Below the pieces are notes generated by a model. It was not told the origin of the DNA. It searched no databases and saw nothing but the letters and a program-made list of their open reading frames with translations. DNA of 64,000 nt, taken from positions 1,344,001 to 1,408,000 of the forward strand of contig JBMNJT010000002.1 of NCBI GenBank assembly GCA_050951805.1, written 5' to 3'. The stretch is from Bacillota bacterium (GTDB taxonomy: Bacteria > Bacillota > DTU025). This document shows positions 10,512-20,667 of the stretch, in pieces; positions within the stretch are counted from its first letter, which is position 1; each line of letters starts with the position of its first letter. The position numbers were made by a program, and so were the translations under genes.

Positions 10512-11454
10512 CTACGCGAGAACGGGCTGTTCTCGCACCGATTCGGGAAACGCTATCGGGCAACGTGTTTCATAGAATATGGCAGAGTTCAGTGGCTAGA
10601 TGGAGCACATACGGCATACCGGTCATGCTTAAAGCAGATATCGTCTGCAGCTGCTTGCAGAAAGAGGCCTTTGGGTAGCCTGCTTTATGTGGCTCACACC
10701 TCACGTTCGCACTTCTCCGAATAAACTTGGAAATTTTCTGTACCAGCATGGGAATATCATGTCGTCGGCATTCGAGTCCCGAGAGGATAATCCCACATCC
10801 AATGCAAGGACGCCCTTGTCGTGACGTAAAGCCCGACCATTCCTTCGGGTACGGCTTTCCACGTGTTCGATCTAACGAACAGCATAGGCGAAACCGCCTG
10901 AATTGCAGTAAACGCCAGCGCAGGTGCCTTATGTGCCCCTATCAATGACCTAGCCAAGCTTGTCAGGACCTTCGTGCTCGGAAGACTTGTCCCAAAAGGC
11001 AGGGATCTCAGCTCTAAAACAGTCGGCACATGAGGCAATAGCTCATCCCAAGGTTGAATGCGGAGCACCGGTCGGGTGGTCTCAGAAAACATTCTCAACT
11101 TCTCCACTTGATCATTGACCCCATTAATGTGCTCTGCCACTCTGAGACCGAGTCGATTTTCTGCGCGGCAAGGCGCGCATCATACAGGTTCTGGAGACGA
11201 TTTATGAGCCTGCGCGCTCGCTGCGTCATTCTCCACCTGCGACCGTATTCCTCTTCTCTCCTCATATAGAGCTTGCCAGGCGTGCCTAAGAGTTTTTACA
11301 GGCCTATACCAAAATTCGCCTGGCACATAGATCCGATAGGCATGAGACAAACAACTTGAATGCGTCTTTGGCTGGAACGAATGGAAAATCGTGACAGACC
11401 GGCTGTTTGGCCTCTCAAAACACTGACCGTGCTTGGCCTGCAACCGACACCTCC

Positions 11455-11673
11455 CTAACGGAAGAGAGAAAGCATCCACTTTGCGGCCTTGTCTATCCAG
11501 ATCGCCGGATTCGGAATATTCACCCCGAGTAACATCAAAAGCGCCAGCGTGAAGTCGAGCCCTACAGCGAAAACAAACACGGCCAGCTCCCGCCAGAGCT
11601 TGTTCCTTATGAGGTCCGGCGCCTCATAGAATCCCAAAACGACGACCGCCAAGACTAGCAGCACTATATTCAC
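11455..11673 (-). CDS. Small two-TM protein at the end of the ger operon (putative germinant-receptor D-type subunit)
   Basis: 72 aa, two hydrophobic helices, YEAPDL..KLWREL..IPNP motif; overlaps the upstream ger stop. Confidence 0.75.
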   Translation of the reverse strand: MNIVLLVLAVVVLGFYEAPDLIRNKLWRELAVFVFAVGLDFTLALLMLLGVNIPNPAIWIDKAAKWMLSLFR

Positions 11674-14063
11674 TGCTGTCCACCCGATCCTCCCATTTCA
11701 TTCAGCTTGACGCTGCGCACAGTCAGCCCGCTCCTGACCAGTGTTGCCTCGATCTCGATCTCCGGCTCTATTTCAGCGAAAATGTCGTACCAACCATCCC
11801 GGATCTCTTTCCAAAGTTTCGGACGGGTTCGATGGATCTCGCGCCCAAAACCGAATACATCTGCTCGAAGATCCTGAGCCTTCTTCACAGCGGCCATGAT
11901 TTCATCCTCTATCGCCTTTGCCATCAGCCGCTCCATCGACTCCCACAGTCCAGGGTGAGCGTACAGGTCGACGTACGGCTGCACATCCGATATGTTAGCC
12001 TCTGCCTTTATCTTAATGACGATCCCTATTGTTTTTCCATTGTCTTCGATTTTGGGTCTGAAGGATCCACTAGATCTGATGATTTCAAGTCCAACGCGAG
12101 ACCCTAACGAAGCCTGACCCAAGCTCAGTTCAGGCGCATCTATTACCAGAATCCCGGACTTGGTCTTTCCCGTTATCCAATTGTATCCTCTGGCTTCGCG
12201 TCCATCGAGCCATCCTACCAGCTTATCGCTACGAAATACTGCTGCGCCCGTCAACCTAGCCACAGATTTAATCTGCTCCCGTGTGACGTCTCCCGTGATC
12301 TCGTAAGGATACGTATACGGCATGACCTCTATGCGCAAAGCTATTGGATCAATTCCTTCCGATTCCAACGCCATAACGAAGTCATTGACTGAGGCAATAA
12401 CAATAGTCGACGTGCTCTTCGAAGCGTTCATCGCAATGCCCATCCCCGCTTCCCCTGGCACTCGCTCCAACTCAAATTCCGATTGGAGCAGATCCCATGC
12501 CCTAGCGCCTGAGGCCACGCCCAAAACGGCTCGCCGCCGAGTTTCTTGGTCGCGCACTAAAAAGTCAACCGCCCTTGCCACTCCGCCCTTTGCGAACTCC
12601 TCGCCGAATAGCACCCATCTACTGTGCGGCCAGGAGAGCCTGCGCGGCGAAAGCTCCGACACATTGCGCACTGCCTCAAAGATGGTATATCCTGTCGCGC
12701 TTATTACCCAAAACGGCTTCTCAGGTGCAGGCCCACGTTCGCCACTGACTATAGCGGAAGGTTTGACTACGTGGGCCGTGACCTGAATCAACTCGCCGGG
12801 ATCGCGTTCTTCACCCGGCAATTCCCAGTGGGTCTTGCCCAATGCGGTATCTACTCCCACTGCGTTGACAAATCCCAGGCTCTCAATCTCCCTGTGACTC
12901 CAACACCCTGTAGCAAGAAATGCAGTAAGCCCTAGAGCTAGTATTGCCGCTATCATTCTCGTCCCGCCGGGCCCCTCGCCTTTCCGTCGATTCAACCACC
13001 TTGCTCCAGTCAGCACAACCAGCACAGCAATAATGAAGACCGCCGTGACAAGGCTCCCGCTCTTGGCAGAAGCGGACCTGTCAAATGCTCCCATGTTGGG
13101 CCACATACCCAATCCCATGATCACCGCCAACCCTCCCAGGGGGTAGACTAGTGGTTCGTAGCGCTTTAAGCCAAGCAAATTCGCACTAGCCTCAGCCGCC
13201 GCCCAAAGCGATGTGGAAAGCACAAGGCCCGCCCCGGAGGTCCATGAGGCAACAGTAATCAGCTCCAGCCTTTCAAAGAATTCCCCAAGGCTGATCATGC
13301 GGGTAAGGCTGAGGGCAGGCAACTCAAGTGACGTGGCAAGAGGCCCGAAGACCGCTGTAACAACCACTGCAAGAAGAATCAGGATAGCGCCGCTTATCAG
13401 GGCAGAATAGACTGTGCCTCTCATAAGATCCCGGCCGCTTTTCATGTAGGGCGCTATCATCATGAGCACGTTAAGGTCGAGGAAGAGACTGACTGCAGTT
13501 CCAGTCGGGAGCGCCAATGAACTCAGGTCTTCAGGAAGAAGCGGCAACAGGTTTCTAAATTGCATGACGTCTGCAGGAAGAGTGAACGTAAGCAGCAATC
13601 CCAGAAGGATCAAAACGGCTGTAAGCTCCGACATCATAGCAATCAACTTTATGCCGCGCCGAGCTATGCCCGAACTGACCAGCGCCGTCAGAACCATGAA
13701 GACTACGATAGGAGTCTCCGGCATGGTACCAATCACATAAGCCTCTCCCACCGAGCGCACTTGCAAAGCCGCAAGAAGCATCCAATAGAAGACGAAGAGC
13801 CAGCCTACTGCTCCACCTACAGTCGTCCCAAGACGGCGGCGCGATATTTGAATAATGTCATCAAGCCCTTCCGCCCTTGACAGCGACGCCATCCACACCA
13901 GCAGAGGCAGGGAGATGAGAGTACCCAAGGCCCCTGCTATCCACAACCCATGGGAAGACTGCATGCCTATCATCATTGGGAACGTCAGAGTGACAGGCAA
14001 AGCCCTCTGTAAGAAAAGAATCGACCCTAACTGGCGCGCGGTCAGCTTATGGGACATAGTCAT
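11670..14063 (-). CDS. Fused spore germinant receptor subunits GerAB (APC permease) + GerAC (lipoprotein)
   Basis: Roughly aa 1-360 are GerAB-like (MPETP, NLLPL, ISLGEFFERLE); then the linker RRKGEGPGGTR, hydrophobic helix with lipobox LATG-C, and GerAC motifs WSHREIE, GYTIFEA, GAAVFRSDKLVGWLD, DVFGFG; no stop between the halves. Confidence 0.9.
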   Translation of the reverse strand: MTMSHKLTARQLGSILFLQRALPVTLTFPMMIGMQSSHGLWIAGALGTLISLPLLVWMASLSRAEGLDDIIQISRRRLGTTVGGAVGWLFVFYWMLLAALQVRSVGEAYVIGTMPETPIVVFMVLTALVSSGIARRGIKLIAMMSELTAVLILLGLLLTFTLPADVMQFRNLLPLLPEDLSSLALPTGTAVSLFLDLNVLMMIAPYMKSGRDLMRGTVYSALISGAILILLAVVVTAVFGPLATSLELPALSLTRMISLGEFFERLELITVASWTSGAGLVLSTSLWAAAEASANLLGLKRYEPLVYPLGGLAVIMGLGMWPNMGAFDRSASAKSGSLVTAVFIIAVLVVLTGARWLNRRKGEGPGGTRMIAAILALGLTAFLATGCWSHREIESLGFVNAVGVDTALGKTHWELPGEERDPGELIQVTAHVVKPSAIVSGERGPAPEKPFWVISATGYTIFEAVRNVSELSPRRLSWPHSRWVLFGEEFAKGGVARAVDFLVRDQETRRRAVLGVASGARAWDLLQSEFELERVPGEAGMGIAMNASKSTSTIVIASVNDFVMALESEGIDPIALRIEVMPYTYPYEITGDVTREQIKSVARLTGAAVFRSDKLVGWLDGREARGYNWITGKTKSGILVIDAPELSLGQASLGSRVGLEIIRSSGSFRPKIEDNGKTIGIVIKIKAEANISDVQPYVDLYAHPGLWESMERLMAKAIEDEIMAAVKKAQDLRADVFGFGREIHRTRPKLWKEIRDGWYDIFAEIEPEIEIEATLVRSGLTVRSVKLNEMGGSGGQQ

Positions 14064-15673
14064 TGCTCCTTCCTGCGGCCTTCCCGAAACGTGCTATGTT
14101 CGTCCTTGTGGTTTGCCGCCGAATCCATCCTCGTCTGGTTGTACCAAGTCAGCCATTCCGGACGCTCCTTCATCGCCCGCCACGGGACCCGCAAAATCGC
14201 GTCCCTAAGTCCTGCATCAATTACCGGCGCGATGGGCGACATGTAGGGAACCCCGAAAGACTCCAAGGATGTGAGGTAAGCGAAGAGGGCAAGCGCGCCT
14301 ATGGCTATTCCGAAAAAGCCGAGAAAAGCCGCGAGAAAGAGGAAGGCGAAACGAAGCACCCTGATTCCTATAGCAAGGCTAAATGCGGGTGTTGCGAGAG
14401 ATGCAATGCCAGTTGCTGCAACGACCATTACCATGATCGGCGATACGAGACCTGCTCGAATGGCAGCGTCACCCAACACCAACACCCCCACTATGCTGAT
14501 GGCCGGGCCAATGACACGAGGAAGGCGTATGCCAGCCTCCCTTATCAGCTCAAACATGACCTCCATTATGAAGGCTTCAAGGAAGGCGGGAAAAGGAACG
14601 CCTTCTCTTTGAGCGGCAATGCTAAGGATCAAAGAAGTCGGAAGCATCTCCTGATGATAGGTTGTTACTGCAACATAGAACGAGGGCATAAGAAGCGAGA
14701 CGAAGACAGATAGCACTCTGATCAACCTGATCAGTGTCCCAGCGTAAAACCGTTCGAAATAGTCTTCAGGAGTTGACAGAAGCATCGTGAGGGTAACAGG
14801 AACGATCAGCGCAAATGGGGTCCCGTCAAGAAGGATGGCCACCCTCCCCTCAAGGAGAGCTCCAACAATTCTGTCAGGTCGCTCGGTTCGGGCTATGGTT
14901 GGAAAGGGAGAAAACGGAGCATCTTCTATGAGTTCCTCCAATTGCCCGGATTCCTGAATCGAGTCGATATCGATCGCCGCTAGCCTCGATCTCACCTCTT
15001 CAATGATGCTGGGACGAGCTATTCCCTGAACGTAAGCGATTACCACTGACGTCCGAGTCAGCCTGCCGAGCCGGCATTCTTCGATACGCAGACAGGGATG
15101 GGCGATTCGTCTCCTCAGTATCGAGGTATTAACCCGTATAGACTCTACGAAGCCTTCCTTCGAACCACGCACCGTCGCCTCTGTGTTAGGCTCTTCGGGG
15201 CTGCGCTGCTCCCACCCTTGCACGGCGCAGGCGAGCGCAGTTGGCAGGGAGTCTATCAACACTACGCATGAGCCTTCAGCAATCCGCAACGTCGCCTCAT
15301 ATCCATCCACGACCTTGTCGACGCCTGTCACCGATATCAGACCATCGTGAAGCTCGTCCAAAACACTCTCGGGCGAATCGAGGCTCTCTGTCATCACCGT
15401 AATAGAACGAACTACGCTTTGGGCCACAAGAAGCCCGTCCACTAGACCATCGAGATGAATGACAGCGGCCGACACCGAGCCCCCTTTTCCTGCTCGAAGC
15501 CGGCGTACAACAAGGTCGCTGCTGCTGCCGAAGGCCTTTACGATGTAAGCGATGTTGTTCTCCAGGTCGGAGCTGAGTTGAGCCGAATCGCCTTCGCTAG
15601 AAATGATGTTCTTGCCCCGCTGCCTGTCACCTGCTATCGCTCGCATGATCTTCCTTGCAAGTCTTGAAAGCAA
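14060..15673 (-). CDS. Spore germinant receptor A subunit (GerAA/GerKA family)
   Basis: EEPNTEATVRGSKEGFVE, SPFP..TERPD, LLEGRVAILLDGTP, REGVPFP, EAGIRLP, SFGVPYMSP; start refined to TTG 15673 (ORF track gives 15841). Confidence 0.92.
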   Translation of the reverse strand: MLSRLARKIMRAIAGDRQRGKNIISSEGDSAQLSSDLENNIAYIVKAFGSSSDLVVRRLRAGKGGSVSAAVIHLDGLVDGLLVAQSVVRSITVMTESLDSPESVLDELHDGLISVTGVDKVVDGYEATLRIAEGSCVVLIDSLPTALACAVQGWEQRSPEEPNTEATVRGSKEGFVESIRVNTSILRRRIAHPCLRIEECRLGRLTRTSVVIAYVQGIARPSIIEEVRSRLAAIDIDSIQESGQLEELIEDAPFSPFPTIARTERPDRIVGALLEGRVAILLDGTPFALIVPVTLTMLLSTPEDYFERFYAGTLIRLIRVLSVFVSLLMPSFYVAVTTYHQEMLPTSLILSIAAQREGVPFPAFLEAFIMEVMFELIREAGIRLPRVIGPAISIVGVLVLGDAAIRAGLVSPIMVMVVAATGIASLATPAFSLAIGIRVLRFAFLFLAAFLGFFGIAIGALALFAYLTSLESFGVPYMSPIAPVIDAGLRDAILRVPWRAMKERPEWLTWYNQTRMDSAANHKDEHSTFREGRRKEQ

Positions 15674-15705
15674 CTCTTTCCCACCCTGCCAACAAATCCT
15701 GTATA

Positions 15706-15735
15706 CATTCTTTCTCCATGATAGCAGCGGTATTC
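15706..15735 (-). promoter_or_regulatory. Putative forespore sigmaF/G promoter of the ger operon
   Basis: GAATA-N15-AGAAAGAATG about 35 nt upstream of the TTG start; ger operons are normally forespore-expressed. Confidence 0.45.
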
Positions 15736-15841
15736 GATAATCCTCTACCCTCCCCTGCCAGAGCCTGCCATCCCGCATGTGCCAGAGGCACGAGCAATTA
15801 TCGGGGCAAGCATCCTCGCTCGCAGAAACGACACCACCCAA

Positions 15842-16413
15842 ATCAGGTAGGATGGCGCCAGATGATCAGCCTGGTATCACACCTCTGACAGAATCGTTCG
15901 TGCGAACCTCGTATACTGCTCCTGACAAACCTCAATCACCACGCTTCGTAGAACAAATGCAAGACGACGACCTCGTGTATTTGATAAGGTCTATCCCATC
16001 AAACCAAGCCTCAAAAAACGACATGTTGACCGAAAGTCTCATCGATATCTTCAGGAATTCAGCTAAACAACCCCGCTCCCGGAGCACTTTATGCATACCC
16101 CGCCGGATTTTCATCTCCTGGATGAATCCTCAACACTCATCCCGTGGCTACGTAGAATCAGTTTGCCGGCAGTTCCCTTGAACTTCGCTTTTTGATCAAA
16201 GCAGTCAAGATAGATATTGGCGAGACGTGGCAATACCACTCCGGCTTGCGGACTGCCTATGGTTGTCTCATCCCAGGCCCCATTGTAAGGGCTCACGCTA
16301 GATGACCACCCAAAGCCATTTTTACTCAGATTGGACCCCAGTAACCGAAAGTGGTGTAGGAGGTGCTGGATAGACGAGGTACGAGCCTCTCCCCGGGACC
16401 ACTTCATCCCCAC
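15842..16413 (-). mobile_element. Degenerate group II intron remnant (RT/maturase fragments plus domains V-VI)
   Basis: RT fragment WDETTIGSPQAGVVLPRLANIYLDCFDQ (cf. GSPQGGVISPLLANIYLD); maturase C-terminal-like fragment at 15932-16114; DV-like AGGAGCAGTATACGAGGTTCGCACGAACGATTCTGTCAGAGG and 3' end CATCCTACCTGAT at 15842; YADD motif and 5' end not found. Confidence 0.85.
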
Positions 16414-16449
16414 GAAGCATCTTGATATTACTGGTAATAATAAACAAGG

Positions 16450-16529
16450 CCGGCCCCGTTTTCACAGGTCTTAGGTTACACTAAAGGGAAAGCCTGCCTT
16501 AGTGCAGAGCTACATGTGAAAGGGGCCGG
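16450..16529. repeat. About 80-nt imperfect inverted repeat (long hairpin)
   Basis: CCGGCCCC/GGGGCCGG, TTTCACA/TGTGAAA and CACTAA/TTAGTG paired arms; T-rich run follows on the minus strand. Confidence 0.6.
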
Positions 16530-17106
16530 TACTATGGGGTTTTTCCAAATGCTCTTGACACAATTCAAAAGGTGCTCAAGCATTTTGCCAATAGGCTGTG
16601 GCCTTCGCGAGGTTCGACAGACTCGATCAGTTTCAAGCCCTGGCCCTTGAGAAATTCGATGAGTCCCACGAGTTTCGGATATTCGCTACTGAAAAACTCG
16701 CCAAGCTAAATCAACGCCCGGCCGCAATCGAAAAGAGCCAGCGGGTTGATCACGATATGATCCCAGTTAGATCAGATGGGCATTCGCCTTAGAGCTCTTG
16801 AAGAGAACGCGGATAGAGTAGGCGCACCATCCGGCACAGTATAGGCTTTCGTCTATGCCGCCTAGCTGGTGCGCTATCCCACTCCAAATCAGCCTTGATT
16901 AACAGCTCCATCCTGGTTCGACGCTTGCCGTAATCCTGGGGGAAGCCACATGAGCCCATATGATCAAGATGTCGCTCCTCTCCAGGTCATTCGTTAGAGT
17001 CAATGAGGAACATGGGCGGCAGCCATGGACAGATCAAATCCCCTCACTGCGAAAAAACATGCATCCAGGAGACAGAAGTTGCACGTTGCGATTACCTCTT
17101 CTGTTG

Positions 17107-17898
17107 CTAGCGATCTTCCAAGAAACCGTGCAGGCTTATCGTTACATAGTAGGATTCGCCATCTTCGAATTCGGTGGCCTCTATCCTGCCACTGCCACTG
17201 ACGGCAATATTCTTCTGCTTGAACCTATCCAGATCGCTTCCTACCTTGCCCGTCACGGCAAATGTGTAGCCTGCGCCAGCCTGGTGTTGAATTCCCATGA
17301 TGATGAGGGCGCCCTCGTCTACGACTTCCACCCCTGAGGCAGTTCGCTTCAGGCTCATCCTTGCGCCGGCCGTATAACGTTTTCCGCCATCCTGCTCCAG
17401 CGTAACATCGATAGTTGCCTCTGCAATGACGGTGCCCTCCGGAATGTCATCCAACACGCCTTTCGCTTCCAGCTCCGCTATTGCCTCTGAGCCTATCGGA
17501 AGCAATGTCCACTTCGGCTCGATCATGATCGTCTCCGTGCCTTCCTCCGGCACTATTTCCAGATCGCCGATATCAGAACCGTCCGCCTTGACCTCGACAG
17601 CCTTAGTAAGCGTCTGAAAGCCTTCCTTCTGGACGGTAACAGTCTGCCTCCCCGCCTTAACGCCAGAGATCTGGAAACGCCCATCATAATCCGTAACGGC
17701 TGTGCTAACCTTTCCGATCGTCACAGAAGCTCTGTATATAGGAATTTCCTTTCCATTGGCATCCGTGGCAATTACCCTTCCATTTACGACGACTTTAGGC
17801 CCGAACCACGTACACCCGGCCCCTGTAAATGCCATTGCAAGAATTATTAATGAAAACAGACCAACTCGTAAGAACCTACCAATTTGCGCCTTGCGCAT
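17107..17898 (-). CDS. Lipoprotein with carboxypeptidase-regulatory-like/PEGA beta-sandwich domain
   Basis: SD GGAGGT, ATG 17898, signal peptide ending in TGAG-C; VTDYDGRFQISGVKAGRQTVTVQKEGF pattern. Confidence 0.75.
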   Translation of the reverse strand: MRKAQIGRFLRVGLFSLIILAMAFTGAGCTWFGPKVVVNGRVIATDANGKEIPIYRASVTIGKVSTAVTDYDGRFQISGVKAGRQTVTVQKEGFQTLTKAVEVKADGSDIGDLEIVPEEGTETIMIEPKWTLLPIGSEAIAELEAKGVLDDIPEGTVIAEATIDVTLEQDGGKRYTAGARMSLKRTASGVEVVDEGALIIMGIQHQAGAGYTFAVTGKVGSDLDRFKQKNIAVSGSGRIEATEFEDGESYYVTISLHGFLEDR

Positions 17899-17955
17899 TT
17901 GATTACCTCCTATCACTTCTTCGCTTCTGCCAAAATTTCGGCACTGGATTGATGC

Positions 17956-17983
17956 CTTCGTCAAGGAAGACGCCCAATCCTCT
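17956..17983 (-). promoter_or_regulatory. Putative sigmaH promoter of the lipoprotein gene
   Basis: AGAGGATT-N13-GACGAAG (AGGA-N18-GAA). Confidence 0.4.
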
Positions 17984-18024
17984 TTGATTGCTCAATACAC
18001 TCACCAGTTTGAAACTGGCTTTGA

Positions 18025-18480
18025 CTATAAGATTTCCCTATGCCTGATTCCCATCTCCTTGCGTCTCCTGTTTGTCGCTTCCCATATCAGGTCGCGGACG
18101 CGCTGCGGGTCCTTTACACCAACCAAGCGAAATTCCGGGGTTGATGGGTCTGTGGATATGATCTCTATCTGGCCGATCCCCATGATCCTATCTGAAAGCC
18201 CCTGGGTCATTCTGATGTCCTTGACGCGGGCCAAGTCGATCTGCTCTTCCTTCCGGCCGAGCAGACCTGTGGTGATGAGAATCCTCTGGTTTGTTACCAC
18301 GTAATTCGTGTTTCGCGCGATCTCCTTGAGATATGGCTTGCCCTCCCATAGCACCTCCTCTTGGGCAGTCATGTGCCTTTCAGGTTCAGAAGAGTCAAGG
18401 ATCTTGAGGCGTGCACCGCATTCCTTGCAAAACTTATCATCTGGGTTGCAGCCTGCACCACATGCAGGACAATATGCCAT
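18025..18480 (-). CDS. Zinc-ribbon + bacterial PH-domain protein (bPH_2/YdbS-like)
   Basis: YCPACG..KFCKECG ribbon; EEVLWEGKP..YVVTNQRI..GIGQIEI PH motifs; SD GGGAGG before ATG 18480. Confidence 0.8.
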   Translation of the reverse strand: MAYCPACGAGCNPDDKFCKECGARLKILDSSEPERHMTAQEEVLWEGKPYLKEIARNTNYVVTNQRILITTGLLGRKEEQIDLARVKDIRMTQGLSDRIMGIGQIEIISTDPSTPEFRLVGVKDPQRVRDLIWEATNRRRKEMGIRHREIL

Positions 18481-18954
18481 AACAAACGCCTCCCTTATTG
18501 CAACGGCCTTTCCCATAGCCGATCAGCCCAATTGAAAAAGTGCATTACCAAGCAAGAACTAGTCTACAGCACAGGCATCCACTAGGCAAGGCAATGTCCT
18601 CTATCACAAGCAGGTACATCAGAACGTACCCTACCTCCACCAGTTCACTCAGGTTCCGCTTCATGGGCCTCTCGACAAGAGATTTCACCCTCAAACGTCC
18701 CCTATACCATGCCCATGCATGGCCAACTATGATGACATTTACGGATGTCTTGCCTCACGACAAAAGCACATACAGCCCGATATCGTGCCACAGCGTCTAG
18801 CAGACCTTCTCGAAGTGGGCACCGTCCAAGCGGAGGGAACGCGGAATCACATCCCCGCTTCCGATGGAAGACCTCGATTTCAAACGGAACCTCCCTTTCG
18901 CGCAACGCTCAGTCCATACAATAATCCAGGCGGGTCAGCGTTCGGCATCTATAA

Positions 18955-19004
18955 GAAACGGCGCGCCGTCCCGCCGGGGCATAAACCCCCGCGAGTCGGC
19001 GCGC
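18955..19004 (-). terminator. Intrinsic terminator of the aldehyde dehydrogenase gene
   Basis: GCGCGCCG...CGGCGCGC long GC stem followed by TTTCTT on the minus strand. Confidence 0.6.
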
Positions 19005-19038
19005 TTCAATGAGCCACTAGGCCCGATAGTTGCAGAAA

Positions 19039-20514
19039 CTAGTACATTCCCATCTTTGCTTCGGATATATGGATGAGGATATTCTTCTTCTGAGTATAGT
19101 GGTCGAGCATCATCCGATGCGTCTCACGCCCGATTCCGGACTTCTTGTAACCACCGAATGGGGCGTGCGCCGGGATATTGTTGTAGTTGTTTATCCACAT
19201 ACGTCCCGTCTCAACACCTCTTGCAACCCTAAGGGCCCTGTTGATATCGCGTGTCCAGACCGCGCCCCCAAGGCCGTACTCGCTGTCGTTGGCCATCTTG
19301 ATGACCTCGTCCTCATCCTTGAATTTGATGAAGCAGACTACCGGCCCGAAGATCTCTTCCTGCGCCACTCTCATGTCATTGGTCACATCAGCCAAGATCG
19401 TGGGACGCATGAACGGGCCCCGGGCAAGCTCTTCCTCTTCAATGCGAGTGCCGCCACAGACGACCTTGGCGCCCTCGTCTTTTCCGATTTCAATGTACTT
19501 CAAGATCTTCTGGAGCTGTCCATCGTTGATCTGACAGCCCATGACGGTCTCCTTTTTCCAGGGCAAGCCGACCTTGATGCTATTGAACTTCTCAACACAC
19601 TCCGCCAGGAACTTGTCATAGATATCTTCGTGCACGAATACTCTCGAACCCGCGCAGCACACCTGTCCCTGATTGAACAGGATTCCGATCTGAACGCCTT
19701 CGATGGCCTTCTCCCAGGGGGCATCCGGGAAGAATATGTTGGCCGACTTTCCGCCCAGCTCAAGTGTGGCTGGAATGATTTTATCCGCTGCCGCCCTCGC
19801 GACATTGTACCCAACTTCTGTGGAACCAGTGAAAGCGAGTTTGCGGAAACCGGGATGCTCCAGCATGTACTGGCCTGTAGTGGAGCCCCGCCCTGTTACT
19901 ACATTGACGACTCCGGGCGGAACAACATCCTGTATGATCTTGGCAAATTCGAGAATACTGAGTGGCGTGGCTGATGACGGCTTGATCACTATGGTGTCTC
20001 CGGCTGCCAAGGCCGGCGCAATCTTCCACGCAGCCATCAAGAACGGAAAGTTCCACGGTATGATCTGACCAACAACCCCTAGCGGCTCCCGCAGTATGAT
20101 GCTGAGGGTCTGGTCGTCAATCATGACCGCGCTATCCTCTTCAGCTCTTGCTACCCCTGCAAAGTAGCGGAAGTGATCCGCCCCCAACGGAACGTCGAGC
20201 GTCGCGCTCTCGCGAATAGGCTTGCCGTTGTCCAGCGTTTCGATCATGGCCAGTTTTTCGGTGTTTGCATCGATGCGGTCTGCAATCTCAAGAAGAATCT
20301 GCGAACGCTGTGCGGGACTGGTCAATTTCCATGAATCGTACGCTTTCCAGGCTGCCTTGACAGCAAGATCCACGTCCTCTGGCCCTGCTTCCACACAGGT
20401 TGAAAGGAGCTCTCCATTGGCCGGGCAATAGGTGTCAAAGGTCTTCCCTTCCTTGCCGTCAACCCACTTCCCGTCGATAAACAGCTTGTAATTCCTGTCC
20501 ATCGGCTTCTCCAT
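19039..20514 (-). CDS. NAD-dependent aldehyde dehydrogenase (AldB/AcoD-like)
   Basis: IIPWNFP, FTGSTEVG, LELGGKS, FNQGQVCCAG (catalytic Cys), EEIFGP, PFGGYKKSG. Confidence 0.95.
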   Translation of the reverse strand: MEKPMDRNYKLFIDGKWVDGKEGKTFDTYCPANGELLSTCVEAGPEDVDLAVKAAWKAYDSWKLTSPAQRSQILLEIADRIDANTEKLAMIETLDNGKPIRESATLDVPLGADHFRYFAGVARAEEDSAVMIDDQTLSIILREPLGVVGQIIPWNFPFLMAAWKIAPALAAGDTIVIKPSSATPLSILEFAKIIQDVVPPGVVNVVTGRGSTTGQYMLEHPGFRKLAFTGSTEVGYNVARAAADKIIPATLELGGKSANIFFPDAPWEKAIEGVQIGILFNQGQVCCAGSRVFVHEDIYDKFLAECVEKFNSIKVGLPWKKETVMGCQINDGQLQKILKYIEIGKDEGAKVVCGGTRIEEEELARGPFMRPTILADVTNDMRVAQEEIFGPVVCFIKFKDEDEVIKMANDSEYGLGGAVWTRDINRALRVARGVETGRMWINNYNNIPAHAPFGGYKKSGIGRETHRMMLDHYTQKKNILIHISEAKMGMY

Positions 20515-20609
20515 GGTCTATCGTCCCCTCCTTCTTGTTTTGACCCCACGGCGCCCCAAGAACCATTCTTCAGATGGGCACCGGTTGTCATCATGCGACT
20601 AATAAACAA

Positions 20610-20625
20610 TGCAACTTTCATGCCA
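20610..20625 (-). promoter_or_regulatory. Sigma54 (-24/-12) promoter of the aldehyde dehydrogenase gene
   Basis: TGGCATGAAAGTTGCA matches TGGCAC-N5-TTGCW with exact spacing; a divergent sigma54 activator is adjacent. Confidence 0.85.
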
Positions 20626-20667
20626 TCAGGTTTTACCTGCTCAGAAAAGGCACGTTGTTGAGAAGAT

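Noticed and set aside
10757-11265. 127-aa ORF and a 56-aa upstream frame downstream of the ger operon
   Set aside because: No recognisable domain; may be a relic but cannot be supported
16598-16850. Coiled-coil-like ORF that seems to continue after a frameshift (QLDQMGIRLRALEE)
   Set aside because: Plausible small pseudogene, but no identifiable family or start signal
18540-18900. SD + TTG followed by a stop-broken frame on the minus strand
   Set aside because: Too degraded to assign
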